This document shows, one piece after another, positions 9,993-18,951 of a stretch of DNA of 64,000 nt. Each line of letters begins with the position of its first letter. Position 1 is the stretch's first letter. Under the pieces are notes generated by a model. That model saw nothing but the letters and a program-made list of their open reading frames with translations. It was not told the origin of the DNA and did not search any database. Source of the stretch: Spirochaetales bacterium (GTDB lineage Bacteria; Spirochaetota; Spirochaetia; JABEVK01); assembly GCA_037142615.1 (NCBI GenBank), contig JBAXAI010000002.1, positions 168,436-232,435 on the forward strand, in the 5' to 3' direction. Made by a program: the position numbers and the translations under genes.

Positions 9993-12061
9993 TATTCTTT
10001 CAACCCCAGTTCCTCGAACAACTTCTTGTAAACTTCGAAATGCTCAGACTCAGCGAACTCCTGAATCTTTTCGTCAGGCAGTGAGACCAGTAGCTTGTCC
10101 ATGTACGCCAGAACGGCCTTGAGTTCGTCGCGAAGGCTTTCTGGAATGCCTCCTTCCGAACGAGCGGCCACTGGTGCGGGCGCGGGCGGGACGAACAAGG
10201 GTTCGGGGCGCTTTTCGGCGGGTTTGGCTGGTTCTGGCTCCATGTCAAACTCGTCAACGGTCTCATAAATGGTCTCGTTGGGCAGTTGGGGCACTTCGAG
10301 TTCATCGTCGACCATGCGTTCTTGAGGCTTTTCCGCTGCCACAACAGGAAGTTCGTCGTCAAAGGGAATCTCGAGCCGTGAGTCGGAGGGGGGGAGGGGG
10401 TCGTCGAAGCTGGTATCGAAGCTGTCCTCGATGGAATCACCGGGCAAGAGATCGACCGTCAAGTCGTCATCCAAGGATTCCGGGAACGCCTCTTCTTCCA
10501 GCTCGATGCTCTCGGGAACACCCTTTTCCGTTTCGGGCTCGGGGTCGAAAATGGAGCTTTCGTCGTCTTCGAGTGACGTGCCAGCAAAGAACTCCTCATC
10601 GGTAACGTGCGAACTCGCGTCGGAGTCGTCCGAGCTCGGCAAGGGAGGCAGGTTGCCTTCCTCATCGGTCAGGATCAGGTCTTCTTCCAAGCTTTCGCCG
10701 GTGTCTTCGGCCTCGCTGATTTCTGCGGTCGAAAGGATGTTGTCGAGTTCGTCGCCGGTCAGCGCGATAGTTTCATCGTCCTCTTCATCAAAGAACCCCT
10801 TGTGCTCCTTGATCTCTTCGTCGGCCGCTTCAAGCGATTCGGGCGTTACAGCAGGAGCTTGGGGAACCGGCTCGGCGGCCACCGCAGCGGGAAGGCCTCG
10901 GAAGCCCGAAAGATCCTTCTTCAGATCCGAGATCTCCCGCTTGATCGAAGAGAGTTCCTGTTCGATCTTGCTCAGAATGGCAGCGGCGGTGTCGGTGGTT
11001 CCCGACGGAGCCCCGGCGGCCTGGGGACGGATTCCGCTGGTGAGGTTTTCCTCGAGCGCCATCAGGTGGTCCATGTCGGTGTGGTCGTCAGGATTCAGCG
11101 ACTCGTCCAGAATGGTTTCCTCAAAGTCGCCGGAGGCTTCCAAGGTCAAGTCGTTGGCGTCGAGATCGACGTCGAAGTCCATCGGTTCGGAGGCCACGGA
11201 GTCTACTCGCGGCTGAACCGGGCCGTCGAAGTCGGTGATCTCCTCGAAATCGCCAAACTCCGCCAAGTCTACGTCTTGTGATCCGGCCAAGGGCTGCGGT
11301 ACCGGGGCTTCGCGGACGGTCTGGGCACCTTCGAGGATTTCCAGTTCCTGGTCGCCGATATCGTCGTCGATGTCAATGTCGATGTCCAGGAACTCCTCGC
11401 CGAACTCTTCGTCGGCGCCCGCCATCGTGGTGGCTGTGCCGACCTCGGCCGGGCTTTCGGGCAACTCGGCCTCGACGTCATCAAAGCTCACAAAATCGTC
11501 AAGGGATATTTCGTCGAACTCGGCTGAGCCCGCCGGGGCCTCGGTGGTCTTGGCCTCTGGCGAGTCCAGAACTTCCATTTCGTCATCGAGGGGATTCTGC
11601 TCGCCTTCCAACGGTTCATCGCTCACCGTGACAAAGTCAAACTGGTCATCCAAGCTGGCAAGCTCTTCGCTGGAAAGGAAATCTTCTTCGGGGAGGCCGT
11701 CGGAGGAGGCCGCGGAAACGGGGACAATCTCGTCAGGGAGGTCGAAGTCGGGCATTTCCATTTCGGGGATATCGCTGGGATCGGACACAGCCTCGCTCTT
11801 GGAATCCAGGTCGTCCATCGAGGGAAGGTCATCCATGGAAGGCAGGTCATCGAGGTCGGGCAGGGACATTTCGTCCATTTCCGGCAGATCTTCCAGACCC
11901 GGCAGACCGTCTGTCACGTCCTCGGGAGCGCTCTTGACCCAGACGCCGAACTCGTCCCCGGCGCCCGACGCCGCTGCGCCTTCAGACTCGCCCTCCAGCG
12001 GGACTTCGTCAAAGGAGAAGGTGTCCAGATCGTCGAGTTCAAAATCCTTGTCTTCGGGCAT
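9992..12061 (-). CDS. Very acidic, low-complexity 689-aa hypothetical protein
   Basis: D/E/P-rich sequence with a central coiled coil (ILSKIEQELSSIKREI) and a helical C-terminus. AGGAGA SD upstream. Confidence 0.85.
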   Translation of the reverse strand: MPEDKDFELDDLDTFSFDEVPLEGESEGAAASGAGDEFGVWVKSAPEDVTDGLPGLEDLPEMDEMSLPDLDDLPSMDDLPSMDDLDSKSEAVSDPSDIPEMEMPDFDLPDEIVPVSAASSDGLPEEDFLSSEELASLDDQFDFVTVSDEPLEGEQNPLDDEMEVLDSPEAKTTEAPAGSAEFDEISLDDFVSFDDVEAELPESPAEVGTATTMAGADEEFGEEFLDIDIDIDDDIGDQELEILEGAQTVREAPVPQPLAGSQDVDLAEFGDFEEITDFDGPVQPRVDSVASEPMDFDVDLDANDLTLEASGDFEETILDESLNPDDHTDMDHLMALEENLTSGIRPQAAGAPSGTTDTAAAILSKIEQELSSIKREISDLKKDLSGFRGLPAAVAAEPVPQAPAVTPESLEAADEEIKEHKGFFDEEDDETIALTGDELDNILSTAEISEAEDTGESLEEDLILTDEEGNLPPLPSSDDSDASSHVTDEEFFAGTSLEDDESSIFDPEPETEKGVPESIELEEEAFPESLDDDLTVDLLPGDSIEDSFDTSFDDPLPPSDSRLEIPFDDELPVVAAEKPQERMVDDELEVPQLPNETIYETVDEFDMEPEPAKPAEKRPEPLFVPPAPAPVAARSEGGIPESLRDELKAVLAYMDKLLVSLPDEKIQEFAESEHFEVYKKLFEELGLKE

Positions 12062-12091
12062 AACGGTCTCCTGTCCCAGGCTTTCAATCCA

Positions 12092-12118
12092 TTATCGGTG
12101 GGTCGTAGCCATTCTTAA
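12092..12118 (-). promoter_or_regulatory. Putative sigma28 (FliA) promoter of the acidic-protein operon
   Basis: Minus strand reads TTAAG-N14-ACCGATAA, close to the TAAA-N15-GCCGATAA consensus. Confidence 0.55.
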
Positions 12119-12190
12119 TGATACAGAAGAAGAAAGCTTTACGCCATGTTTTTTTCCAGTTTTCCAACGTTGGCGCCGATAATCACCCCT

Positions 12191-12679
12191 ATGAAGGGGA
12201 AAAAAATCCTCCTTTCCCTGTGGTTGGCCACTGCTGCCTTCTGTCTCCTCCAAATTGTCGCCGGACCGAATGGGTTCCTCGTCACAGCCAAGCTACAGGA
12301 CGACGCCCAGCGTCTCGACAAACGCCTCTCGGCTTTGGCCGAGGACAACGCGCGCTTGCAGGCGAGGTTTGACGCGCTGCAGTCCAGTTCTGAGGCCGTC
12401 CGTCTCGAGGCCCGGCGTCTGGGTTGGTTCCGGGCCGGCGAGATTCCCGTCAAAGTTATGGAGGGGCAGGGTTTCCATCTGCCAACCAAGGCACCCGACT
12501 TCACCTTGGCTCTACCGAGCGCAACCGAGGCCCCGGCAGAGGTGTTCTTCCGGTTGGCCTGGTTCCTGTTCGTCGCTCTGTTCTGGGGTCTGCTCACCCT
12601 CTGGGACCTCCTTCGGGACCGGGAGTTGCTTCCGCGCGGCCTCATTGTTCGCGGACGGCTAGATTTGTTCCGCCATTAA
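12191..12679 (+). CDS. ftsB: Septum formation initiator (FtsB/DivIC family)
   Basis: N-terminal TM, G.NG, coiled coil, AR.LGW...GE motif. Carries an extra C-terminal TM. Confidence 0.75.
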   Translation: MKGKKILLSLWLATAAFCLLQIVAGPNGFLVTAKLQDDAQRLDKRLSALAEDNARLQARFDALQSSSEAVRLEARRLGWFRAGEIPVKVMEGQGFHLPTKAPDFTLALPSATEAPAEVFFRLAWFLFVALFWGLLTLWDLLRDRELLPRGLIVRGRLDLFRH

Positions 12680-12742
12680 CATTATAATGACGTGAATTTC
12701 TCTCTACGCGCCATCGATGCGCCGCTATTTTCAAAGGATTTT

Positions 12743-14689
12743 ATGACATTTGACGAGTATTCCTTTCACGACAAGCTCCTTGCGGGAATCAAGGACATGG
12801 GCTTTGTCGAACCTACGCCGGTGCAGGCGGAAACCTTCCAGCTGATTGCCCAGAACAAGGACATTGAAGCCCAGTCGCAGACGGGAACCGGCAAAACCGC
12901 CGCTTTTCTCATCTCGGGCTTCCAGTTGATGATGACGGACCCCAAATACCAGGGTCGCAAGATGTTGGTCATTGCTCCTACCCGCGAACTCGCTGACCAG
13001 ATCGAAAAAGAGGCCCAAGCCGTGGGTAAGTACCTCGGCTTCCGCATTGGCAGTTTCTATGGAGGCGTCGGGTACGCCCAACAGGAAAAACTTCTGTCCG
13101 AAGGCGTCGATGTGATGATCGGCACTCCAGGTCGCCTTCTCGATTTTGTGGGGCAGGGCAAGGCGAACTTCGCCGAAGTTGGCGTGCTTGTCATTGACGA
13201 AGCCGACCGCCTGTTTGACATGGGCTTTTACCCTGACCTGCGCCAAATGCTGCGCACCATGAGCCCACCGGAAGACCGCCGCACCATGCTTTACAGCGCC
13301 ACCCTTTCGCCCAACGTGATGAACCTCGCCTGGGAGTACATGCGCGACCCCGGTCAGATCGTCATCGAGCCCGAACACATCACCGTCGAGAAGATTACCC
13401 AGGAGCTCTATCACGTCAGCACCGAGGAAAAGTTCGGTGTGCTGCTCGGCGTGATGAAGAAAGAGAACGCCAAGACGGTGATCATCTTCACCAACACCAA
13501 ACACAACGCGGTGAGGGTGGCCAAGCGCCTGGAACTCAATGGTTACGAGACCGAGTACATCATGGGTGACCTGCCCCAAGCCAAGCGCCTGAAGATCATC
13601 GAGGACATGAAGGCGGGTAAGACGCCCGTGCTCGTGGCCACCGATGTGGCGGCCCGGGGCCTTCACATCAACGGTCTTGACCTGGTGGTCAACTACGACT
13701 TGCCTACCGAAGCCGAAAACTACGTGCACCGCATCGGCCGCACCGCACGCGCCGGTCAATCCGGAAAGGCCGTGTCGTTGGCCTGCGAAAAGTACGTCTA
13801 CGGACTCAAGGCCATCGAGGAGTTTGCCAACACCAAGATTCCCGTCTCTTGGTTCACCGACGCTGATGCCGTAGCTGACAAGAGCAAAGGCGTCTACATT
13901 CAGGTCGACGAAGACGACCGTCCGCGCGATCGCGATGGTCGCGGACGTGGCCGGGATGGGGGCCGGGGTCGCGACAGTTCGCGCGGCGGTCCTCCCCGCA
14001 GCGGCGCTCCCCGCGAGCATACGGGAGAACGGCCTCCACGCCCCGAGGGGGCCAGGCCCGAAAGTGCCCGTCCCGATGGTGGCCGCCGTGATGGTCGGCC
14101 CGACCGAGGTGGTCGTGACCGCGACAAGCCTTTGACCATCCGTTCCTCACCGCTGGTGAATGAAGTCACCGGCATGCGTTTTCTGAAAGACGGCATGGAA
14201 ACCAAGGGCAAACAGTCGTCGCAAGCCGACCGCATTGCGGCTGCGGCAGCCGCCGTTGGGCCCAAACGAGGTCGAGGACCCCGGAAAGAAGGGGCTCCGG
14301 CGGGTGAAGGCGGCAAACGTCGCGATGGTCGAAACGGAGAGCCTCGCGGAAGGGCCCCCGAAGGCGCAGTCGCCCGCGAAGGCCAAGCTCCCCGGGCCGA
14401 GCGTCCCGCAGGCGATCGGGCTCCGGGCAACCGGCCTCCCCGTGACGGCCACGTGCGCGATGGGCAACCTCGTGACAACCGCGGTCGCGACAACCGGGGC
14501 AAGGATCCTCGCCGGGCGCCCCAAGGTGCCAAGGGTTCGGCAAAGCCTCAGGGTGATCGTTTGGATTACTACAAGTCGAAGTATGGTGAGGACTTCAAGC
14601 CTGCCGCCTCGCAGGAAGGGTCGAAGAAAGGTCCGGGCCTGCTGGGCCGCATAGCCGGGATTTTCGGGCTGGGCAAAAAAGACAAGTGA
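12743..14689 (+). CDS. DEAD-box RNA helicase with a long R/G-rich tail
   Basis: Q motif, QTGTGKT, PTRELA, DEAD, SAT, ARGL, HRIGRTAR. Confidence 0.95.
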   Translation: MTFDEYSFHDKLLAGIKDMGFVEPTPVQAETFQLIAQNKDIEAQSQTGTGKTAAFLISGFQLMMTDPKYQGRKMLVIAPTRELADQIEKEAQAVGKYLGFRIGSFYGGVGYAQQEKLLSEGVDVMIGTPGRLLDFVGQGKANFAEVGVLVIDEADRLFDMGFYPDLRQMLRTMSPPEDRRTMLYSATLSPNVMNLAWEYMRDPGQIVIEPEHITVEKITQELYHVSTEEKFGVLLGVMKKENAKTVIIFTNTKHNAVRVAKRLELNGYETEYIMGDLPQAKRLKIIEDMKAGKTPVLVATDVAARGLHINGLDLVVNYDLPTEAENYVHRIGRTARAGQSGKAVSLACEKYVYGLKAIEEFANTKIPVSWFTDADAVADKSKGVYIQVDEDDRPRDRDGRGRGRDGGRGRDSSRGGPPRSGAPREHTGERPPRPEGARPESARPDGGRRDGRPDRGGRDRDKPLTIRSSPLVNEVTGMRFLKDGMETKGKQSSQADRIAAAAAAVGPKRGRGPRKEGAPAGEGGKRRDGRNGEPRGRAPEGAVAREGQAPRAERPAGDRAPGNRPPRDGHVRDGQPRDNRGRDNRGKDPRRAPQGAKGSAKPQGDRLDYYKSKYGEDFKPAASQEGSKKGPGLLGRIAGIFGLGKKDK

Positions 14690-15234
14690 AACAGGTTCTG
14701 GTCGTTCTGGCACCCGGCTTCGAGGAACTCGAGGCCGTGGCTCCGATTGACCTGGGCCGCCGAGCCGGCCTGATCGTTACCATCGCCGGGCTCGATTCCT
14801 TGACGGTCACCAGCAAGCGCGGGCTGACCGTCACCTGCGACGAGCTTCTGGACCCCCAAAAGCGCCATTGGGACGCCCTTGTGCTCCCGGGCGGGCTTCC
14901 AGGGGCCGACCATCTCGCAGCCTCCCCCAAAATAGCTGAGCTTTTGGCGTGGTTTGAAACCGAAGGCCGGTGGATTGCCGCTATCTGCGCGGCGCCTGCC
15001 CGGGTGCTTGGTTCCCAAGGCCTGCTGAAAGGTCGTCGATGGACAGGTTTCCCCGGAACTGACGACCAGGCCTTCGGTGGGTTCTACCAGAGCTCACCGG
15101 TCGTCGTCGATGGTCACGTGTTGACCAGCCGTGGTGTAGGTACGGCAACCGAGTTCTCGCTGAAACTGATCAGCCTGCTGCTGGGTGAAGTGGTGGCCAC
15201 GCGTGTGGCCCGGGAAACGCTCCTAGCGGACTAG
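14686..15234 (+). CDS. DJ-1/ThiJ/YajL family protein
   Basis: GFEELE, LPGG..G, AAICAAP, TSRG.GT motifs. Confidence 0.9.
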   Translation: MKQVLVVLAPGFEELEAVAPIDLGRRAGLIVTIAGLDSLTVTSKRGLTVTCDELLDPQKRHWDALVLPGGLPGADHLAASPKIAELLAWFETEGRWIAAICAAPARVLGSQGLLKGRRWTGFPGTDDQAFGGFYQSSPVVVDGHVLTSRGVGTATEFSLKLISLLLGEVVATRVARETLLAD

Positions 15235-15345
15235 GGTCGCTGGAGCCTCGGCCGTCGCTCCCGCAGGGCCCGCGCCATCGTCGATGGCACCGACAAAGGT
15301 AAAGACGGCCAGCATCAAAACCAGACCAATCATGAACTTACGCAT
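15223..15345 (-). CDS. Unannotated 40-aa small protein with a signal-peptide-like N-terminus
   Basis: MRKFMIGLVLMLAVFTFVGAIDDGAGPAGATAEAPATLVR, preceded by GGAGGTGAT (15346-15354). Confidence 0.6.
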   Translation of the reverse strand: MRKFMIGLVLMLAVFTFVGAIDDGAGPAGATAEAPATLVR

Positions 15346-15420
15346 ATCACCTCCATGTGATGACGGCCAACTTGGTGGCCGTCGGGGCATTTATCGGCAT
15401 CCTGCCTGCCCCGTGCAAAC

Positions 15421-16518
15421 TCAGTACAAGTAATTCAGCGGATTCAAAGGGTTGTTCCATTTGAAGATCGAGAAGTGCAGGTGTGTACCGGTGCTGTAGC
15501 CGGTGTTGCCCATCAGGCCGATCTGTTGGCCCTGGTTGACGTATTGGCCGGCTGACACCACAAACTTCTTGAGGTGGCCGTACAACGTTTGGAAGCCGCC
15601 CTCGTGACTGACAAGTATGTAGTTGCCGTACGACGAATTGAACCCAGTGTCTGTGACGCGGCCTTCCATGGCTGCCCGGACGGCGGTTCCCATCGAGTTC
15701 GCAAAGTCCACCCCATTGTGGAAGGTTCGGATTCCGGTGAAGGGGTCCTTGCGGGTACCAAAACGGCTGGTGATGACACCATTGGTAGGCAGGATGAACA
15801 GCTCCCCAAGGGCTTCCCGGAGGTCTCGGGCCGAAAGACTGGCGCCGGGAAGGAAGACTTTTTGCCCGGGAGCAAGAACGGGCGTGGTAAGCCGGTTGGC
15901 CTCGAGAATTGTCTCGTAGGCGATCTTCCAGGTGCGCGCCAAGCCCGAGAGGCTGTCGCCTTTCTGTACGGTATACAACACTCCCACCGAGTTCGGGATC
16001 TTCAGGTCCGTTCCGATGCCGACCCGCCGGACATTCTTGATGCCATTGAAGCTGATCAGCGTGCTGAGGTTGAGGTTGTACTTATTGGCGATGGCCGAGA
16101 GCATATCACCCTTTTGAAGCACGTAGCTTTGCAGTTCGAGGGGAGGGGCCTTCTCGTTGGATACGGCCTGCTCGATTGTCATCGGCTCTGAGTCGTCTAC
16201 CAGCAGCCTTCCCAGATCGGGCGCGTTGAGCAGAAGGTGGGGGAGCTTGATGTCCTGCGGAAAGTCCATGCCCGCGGGGAGGCGGAAGTCGCGAGCCGGC
16301 ATCAGCACCGGAGACAGGAGGCCCAGCAGCAGGATAAACGTGAGCACCGCCATGCCGAACGGAAGAACCTGGAAAGGATTTCCCTCGAGTCGTTCGCGGA
16401 GCGTGCTGTCAAGCAAACGGAAGTTGTTGGGAACAGCCACTGCCCAAACCTGGGGCCGGTCAGCTCGTGGGGCATTGGGGCGTTTCTGAACGTTCTGAAT
16501 CTGCATTGAAACCTTCAT
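15421..16518 (-). CDS. LysM / M23 family peptidoglycan endopeptidase
   Basis: TM anchor, two LysM repeats, HNGVD, LYGHL and STGTHLHF M23 motifs. Confidence 0.92.
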   Translation of the reverse strand: MKVSMQIQNVQKRPNAPRADRPQVWAVAVPNNFRLLDSTLRERLEGNPFQVLPFGMAVLTFILLLGLLSPVLMPARDFRLPAGMDFPQDIKLPHLLLNAPDLGRLLVDDSEPMTIEQAVSNEKAPPLELQSYVLQKGDMLSAIANKYNLNLSTLISFNGIKNVRRVGIGTDLKIPNSVGVLYTVQKGDSLSGLARTWKIAYETILEANRLTTPVLAPGQKVFLPGASLSARDLREALGELFILPTNGVITSRFGTRKDPFTGIRTFHNGVDFANSMGTAVRAAMEGRVTDTGFNSSYGNYILVSHEGGFQTLYGHLKKFVVSAGQYVNQGQQIGLMGNTGYSTGTHLHFSIFKWNNPLNPLNYLY

Positions 16519-16567
16519 GCGCTCTCCCGTGGTTTCAGTATCGACAACCCCGGGTCACTTGATTAAT

Positions 16568-17077
16568 ATGAATCCTCGTATGAAGAAGCAGGGCAGGGTC
16601 TACCTGCTGATATTCCCCGTCTGCGCTGTCCTCATCGTCGCCGTCCAATCGTTGTTGGTGACCTTCGTCCAGGTAAAGGGCAACTCGATGGTTCCCACTT
16701 ACCACGATGGGCAGGTCCTGCTCGTCAACCGGGCGGCTTTCGGGATCCGGTGGCCTATCATAGGAGATTCCGCTCTTTTCTGGAACCCCCCCCGCGACGG
16801 CGATGTCGTGGTCCTTCGCCGACCCGACACGTCACGGCTCGTGGTCAAGCGAGTGGTCGCGACGGGAGGCCAGGAGCTGTCTGTGAACTCGCATCAACTC
16901 CAGACTGCATCGAGGCTTGTTTCACTTTCCGAGGCCCAGGAATACTGGCTTTCTTCTGTTCGCAAAGTGCCTGCAGAAAGCCTGTTGGTCGTCGGCGACA
17001 ACGCGGTTGACTCGGAGGATTCGCGCGACTGGGGCTTTGTTCCGCTTGACAACATCATAGGCGCTCCATGGCAATAA
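16568..17077 (+). CDS. lepB: Signal peptidase I
   Basis: GNSMVPT (catalytic Ser), VKRVV (catalytic Lys), GDN...S.DSR.WG. Confidence 0.9.
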   Translation: MNPRMKKQGRVYLLIFPVCAVLIVAVQSLLVTFVQVKGNSMVPTYHDGQVLLVNRAAFGIRWPIIGDSALFWNPPRDGDVVVLRRPDTSRLVVKRVVATGGQELSVNSHQLQTASRLVSLSEAQEYWLSSVRKVPAESLLVVGDNAVDSEDSRDWGFVPLDNIIGAPWQ

Positions 17078-18951
17078 AGCCTCGATTACCGCTACAGTTA
17101 GGCAGTCGTTCGTGGATCTTCCTGGGTCTGACCGGCTTGGTCGCGTTGCTCTTGCTGGGGCAGTACGCCTGGATCATGCTCTTCCCTCCGGTGGGTGCGA
17201 CCCCCGGGCTCACGTTCACCCAGGTGGAGCGCGGACCCATTCTCGACCGGGAAGGTCGCCTGCTGGCGGTGACCAACCGGGTCGATACTGCCACGGTTTG
17301 GAGGCCTCAGCTCCAGAACCCTCAGCAGGAGGCCGCGCAGTTGGCCGGCCTTCTCAATATTGACGCCAGCGACCTCACCGAGAAGCTTTCCAATGGACCG
17401 CAGTTTCAGTACCTCAAACGAAAGCTGACGCAAAAAGAGAGCACGGCGCTGCGGGAGCTCAAAGCAAAGGGTGACCTGGCGGGAGTCAACCTTGTGCAGG
17501 AGTTTGGCCGAAGCTACCCGGAAGGCGCGCTGGCCGCTTCGCTTCTGGGCTACGTCGGTGTCGATAACATTGGTCTTGCCGGCATCGAGTACACGTTCAA
17601 CAATGTGTTGGCCCCTGCCATCATTGGGAAAACTGACGAAAAGACGGGCGCCTCGGTATACCTGACGCTGGATTCTGTTTTGCAGTACGAAGCCGAGAAG
17701 ATCGCCGCCACCACCCTTGAGACCAACCAGGCAACCCGGGTCAACATCCTGGTCAGCGACGCGAAGAGCGGAGAGATTCTGGTGTGGGCCACCAGCCCCG
17801 GGTTCGACCTCAATCATGTCCAGGGGGTTCCCGACGAGGTGCGGAACAACGCCCTGCAAACGCGAGCCTATGAGCCCGGTTCGGTTTTCAAAGTCTTCTC
17901 GCTGTCGACCATGCTCGATGCTGGCGTGCTCAAGCCCACCGACACCTTTGAGGCCAACGGCTTCTATGAACACACCATTGCCAGCACGGGTGAGGTGATT
18001 CGCATCCGTGACTTGGCCTCGTACGGACGCATCGATGTTGCGGGCATCCTGCTGCATTCTTCGAACGCAGGCACTGGCTACGCGTCGGACCGCATCGAAG
18101 CGGCACCTTTCGAGGCGGGCCTCCGCCGGTACGGGTTCGGGCAGTCGACCGCGATCTCGCTCAACGGCGAAACCCCGGGAATCCTTCAGCCCTCGACCAC
18201 GTGGTCGGGACGCTCCAAGCCGACCATTGCCATGGGCCAGGAAATCGGCGTTTCGGCGCTGCAGATTGTCCAGGCAGCGTCGGTCTTGGCAAACGCGGGG
18301 GTCATGGTGAAGCCTTGGGTGGTCAGCCGGGTGGTTTCGGCCACCGGAGAGGTGCTGGTCGAGAACTCCCGTACCGAGGTCCGCCAGGTCATCCAGGCCA
18401 AGACGGCGGCACTCGTGCTCGACATGCTCAAGGGCACGGTGGAAACCGGTACCGGCAAGCGTGCTCGCATTGAAGGCTATGACTTGGCAGGCAAGACGGG
18501 AACCGCTCAAGTTCGCGACCCGGCCACCGGCCGCTATTCCGACCTGAACTATTTGGCGTCTGTCCTGTTATACCTGCCGGCCGAGGCTCCCCGCTACATC
18601 ATCTACCTGACGATAGAGCATCCACTGGGGGCCAGTTACCTCGGAGGGCAAATTGCCGCGCCCGTGGGCAAGCAGATCGCTGAAAAGCTGATTCAGCTCA
18701 AAGCGCTTCCCCGAACCGGCGAGGACGTGGTCAGCCACAGCGGTTCGGTCAGGGTCGAGGTGCCCAAGCCGCTGGTCATCGGCGACTCCTTGCCCGACCT
18801 GACAGGGCTTTCCAAGCGCGCCTTGCTCCCCTTGTTGAGCCGCCCGGATCTGCAGGTTCGCCTTCAGGGCCAGGGCTGGGTCGTGCGGCAAAGTCCTGCG
18901 GCGGGTACCCCGCTGACGGCAGGGCTCGTGGTGACGGTCGAGCTGGAATGA
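17068..18951 (+). CDS. ftsI: Class B penicillin-binding protein (FtsI-like) with a PASTA domain
   Basis: RG.ILDR, R.YP.G, EPGSVFK (SxxK), SSN, KTGT, C-terminal PASTA. Confidence 0.88.
   Translation: MAIKPRLPLQLGSRSWIFLGLTGLVALLLLGQYAWIMLFPPVGATPGLTFTQVERGPILDREGRLLAVTNRVDTATVWRPQLQNPQQEAAQLAGLLNIDASDLTEKLSNGPQFQYLKRKLTQKESTALRELKAKGDLAGVNLVQEFGRSYPEGALAASLLGYVGVDNIGLAGIEYTFNNVLAPAIIGKTDEKTGASVYLTLDSVLQYEAEKIAATTLETNQATRVNILVSDAKSGEILVWATSPGFDLNHVQGVPDEVRNNALQTRAYEPGSVFKVFSLSTMLDAGVLKPTDTFEANGFYEHTIASTGEVIRIRDLASYGRIDVAGILLHSSNAGTGYASDRIEAAPFEAGLRRYGFGQSTAISLNGETPGILQPSTTWSGRSKPTIAMGQEIGVSALQIVQAASVLANAGVMVKPWVVSRVVSATGEVLVENSRTEVRQVIQAKTAALVLDMLKGTVETGTGKRARIEGYDLAGKTGTAQVRDPATGRYSDLNYLASVLLYLPAEAPRYIIYLTIEHPLGASYLGGQIAAPVGKQIAEKLIQLKALPRTGEDVVSHSGSVRVEVPKPLVIGDSLPDLTGLSKRALLPLLSRPDLQVRLQGQGWVVRQSPAAGTPLTAGLVVTVELE

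Noticed and set aside
10431-12182. Ser-rich plus-strand ORFs of 261 and 315 aa
   Set aside because: Antisense reading of GAA/GAC-rich codons of the acidic protein.
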